This document shows, in pieces, positions 60,901 to 64,000 of a stretch of DNA of 64,000 bases (the first letter of the stretch is position 1; each line of letters starts with the position of its first letter). The DNA is from Selaginella moellendorffii (Eukaryota > Plantae > Lycopodiophyta). The DNA is taken from NCBI RefSeq assembly GCF_000143415.4, contig NW_003314345.1:768637-832636 (forward strand). Direction: 5' to 3'. The position numbers and the translations under genes are program-made. The notes beneath the pieces were generated by a model. That model ran no database searches, was not told the DNA's origin, and was given only the letters and a program-made list of their open reading frames with translations.

Positions 60901-61494
60901 TGCTGGATAGTATTGGAAGTGGAATTAATCTTGTTAAATGCATATTATTGAGTATAGATTTGTAATACTCATAAGTGTGCTTCGATCATACATATAAAAT
61001 TTTTGAGTGGTTTATAATGACTACAACTGTGTATGACCCTAAGTAAATGTGCAAGTTATTATACTAATAATGTTCTTTTATGTAGAGCATATCCTTGATA
61101 GTGAGAGCTGTTTGTGAGATGAAAGGAAAACATATGCCAACTTAAGTTTTTCTTTTTGGACATTACTGAATAAAATAACCAAGTTACTAACATTTTATGA
61201 TTTCAGGAGTGGTAAAGCATAAGAAAATTGATGAGCTATTAGAACCATCTATAATGGTGGTCTAGATAAAGTTTTAGTTAGTCAAGAGATGAATTGCATT
61301 TCCATTATGAAAATATTTTACATGAACACATGGAGAAATGGCATTCAAGTTGAAAATCGTGAGCACAAACAGTTGCACTAAAGTTTAAAAGTTACAAGCA
61401 CTTTAGAAGATGCAGAAAAGTAGTATAAATTCATATGTTTATAATGGGTTGAAGATAATATAGCAATTCTAAGACTATAAATTTAGCTGATATG

Positions 61495-62336
61495 TGTAAG
61501 AGATTAAATTTTTCATTTTACTTTAGTCACATAACCATATATTTGACTAGTATGAAGAGTCTCGCTCATAACTTCTATAAGTTTTCATCCCAATTTAGGG
61601 TACTTGCCAACCATATTGCATTTACATTTGGTCCAAGTGTTTTATATGTCTAATTCCCATTATAAAAACCCAAAAGTACTATCAACATACTAGTATATTA
61701 TGCTAAGGCCATATTTATTCATACTTCTCTCATTGGTAATCCAAAACCACCTTATATTATAAATCTGTTTTTCAAAGACCAAACCATCCAATATTTGAGT
61801 GGTCATTTTATGACCACTTTTTAACATCATTAGAATGCCTCAAGATATGCCTCAATATAATTGCTAATTAGCAAATGCACAAATGCTAATAACAAAAAGC
61901 TACAGCCTAAGTATCAACACTAATTGCATCAAGACTAATGAAACTCATATCAATCTTACGGAGAGACATCTCATCCTACTTGAATCTCAATATTTTTTCT
62001 TCAATCCCCACAAAATCCTTCTCTAACATTGCCACTACTTATCAACACCTCCATTGATTAGGCATCTCTGGGACTTCTTCACTATGTAAATATACCCTTA
62101 ATTATTAAGTAAAAAAACTATTTTTTTTAATTTCTATACTCAAGAATTTTGGGATGACATTTTGAAAACACCATAACCCAATATAAATTTTATAAAAGAT
62201 GCCTTAACTATGTATTCTAATGAATTTATGTAAGGTAGGTAGTGTTACCCACAGTAAATATTGACCATTTGATCTCTTGGAGAAGCTAGAGTTGGCTCTT
62301 GAACACTTCATTAAATCACCCCACTTGTCTATTATG
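61495..62336 (-). mobile_element. Old, AT-shifted LTR fragment of the same family as the nested 1823-9326 element
   Basis: TGTAAGAGATTAAATTTTTCATTTTACTTTAGTCACATAACC vs LTR reverse complement TGTAAGCGACTAAATTTTCCATTCTACTTTAGTCACTTAACC. Further colinear blocks: TTGGTCCAAGTG, GCTAAGGCCAT, CTCTGGGACTTC, GGCTCTTGAACACTTCA. Confidence 0.85.
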
Positions 62337-64000
62337 TCGGGAAAAATTTTCAGCTAAAAATGCCATATTTTAAGTCATGATATAAAGTATATATATACAA
62401 AATTATACCCCCTATACCTCTACCATTATTACTTTACTATTATACCACCATCTTTTCTCTATAATCTAATATTTGAAGTTAAAGTAAAAAAAAAAGTAAA
62501 ATTAAAATTTTTTATGATTTTTTATATCTTATATTCATCCTAATACCCATCCACCCTACTCTATCACAAACTTTATATTCCACTACCTTTATAAAATAAT
62601 TTGTTATATAACTCCTACATTTAAGAATACCTTCTAACTTTATAATATTTCTATCACCATTTAAAAATATTTTTTATTCAACATATGCACTCAACAATGG
62701 TCATCTAAATCTACCACCTCTAATACACTAATATTTTATGATATCAACAATAAAACATAAAATATGATCTAAGGACTATATAAAGAGGAATCTTTATGAC
62801 AGAAGGCATTAGAGCATGGAGTGAAGTGATTTTAATTTTAATTTTTCTTTTCTAATTTTGCAATGTTTTTTTTTTTGAGTTCTACCTTTTTGAAAAATAT
62901 AAAAATTAGGAGTTAGAGGAAATCATGGAAGTGTTTTGAATTTTCTTCTTCTTTCCTTTTTCCTTAAAGTAATGAGTGGTTAAGTAGAGTTTGATCAAGG
63001 AGTTATTCTAATCCATCGTCCTCTAGGAGATCATAACTTGTGATAAAGTTTCTTTCATATTTCTAAAGGAGTTTTTTGCTCAATATTTAAAAAATCTCAC
63101 TTCTTTGTTAAGAGTAAGAAAAATCTTCATCTTGGAGTTATTTCAATTCCAGCTTCATTAGAGACTCTATGAGACAATCTGTACTCTTTCAAAAGTCTTA
63201 ATAAAAAAAGAAGTGATTGAGAAAATGCTCTTAGATATTTATGGGTGAGTTGGTAGGATGAAATTTGGCTTTTGGACTTGGCTTTTGGACTTCTTTTATA
63301 AATGGGTGCCATATGAGTAATAAAGATTAAAGTTTTATGTTTTTGAAGAAGATATTTAAAATAGTGATAGATTGAGAGATATTTTTATTGGAGATGCAGA
63401 CTAGATATATGAGTGATAGTGATAAGCATTTTTGGAATAAGCTCTTTCTATTACCTTGTCCTATTTAAAATTATATATTGAAATTTTGTTTTCAAGATCC
63501 TCACCACCTTGCACTTGATAATTTAATTGATGTCATTCAAGCTTGAGGATTTAGAGAATTTGACTTTGAAATTCTCTTAGCTATAGCTAATATTCTTATA
63601 ATGAGAAAAACTTGATTACAAATCTAGCATCCTTCTGATAGAATCACATTTAAAGATACATGTTGCTACAATAATGACTTACCTTATAGCAAAAAGAAGC
63701 CATAGCAAAAGTCTCCCAATAGATTCATTCTTTCTTTTGGGACTCTTGTAGTTTATAAGTTTGTAAAATATTTGGTTGTAATTGCTAATGTGGCAAGTGA
63801 ATTTCAATAAAGCATTCAAGTTGAAGAAGAAAGTAGTTGCCATTAAAGTTATTATCACTTATTCAAAAAGCAACAAAATATATATTAGAGAAGTTACTGT
63901 AAATACTCACACTTGCAACCAAATTGAGTATGCCGCTTTGATTTGAGGATTGGAGGAAGCAAAAGTATTAGGAGCTAAGGAAAATTGATTGGAATCAAGT

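Noticed and set aside
60300-61400. Possible DNA transposase relic (VQCHFCKE; CFDHTYK...VYDP)
   Set aside because: Isolated short motifs in AT-rich sequence full of stops; needs a profile search.

Overview
Eukaryotic plant nuclear DNA. The short introns (mostly 50-110 bp), tight gene spacing, near-pure 31-aa PPR array and TatI-type retroelement suggest a lycophyte such as Selaginella; this is inferred, not shown. Layout: (1) 1-11089 is a minus-strand Ty1/Copia element with a 140-bp LTR, split inside its WHARLGH motif by a young 7.5-kb non-coding LTR element (1823-9326; 1721-bp LTRs differing at about 6 transitions; TSD CGTGC). (2) 11-30 kb is a duplication patchwork with an intact LPR1/CotA-type multicopper oxidase and an intact BAHD acyltransferase, alongside BAHD, MCO, carboxylesterase, EP1-lectin and PP2C relics. 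(3) 30-42 kb is gene dense: AVT1-like transporter, clade D PP2C, MOS11-like, PLS-PPR, HSP20/ACD, a Tat-signal TPR protein and a secreted bulb-lectin fusion. (4) 42-47 kb holds RCC1 and TAD1 pseudogene fragments. (5) 48.5-51.5 kb has beta-carotene hydroxylase about 140 bp upstream of a violaxanthin de-epoxidase homologue that lacks the Glu-rich tail. (6) 52-64 kb is a decayed Tat-type Gypsy element and AT-rich relics, including an old LTR of the family in (1). The most striking unexplained signal is that the nested non-coding retroelement is built almost end to end from back-to-back short stem-loops (5-8 bp stems), with sense-strand G-U wobbles and compensatory changes. The second is the BCH plus tail-less VDE pair, two enzyme types that both produce zeaxanthin.
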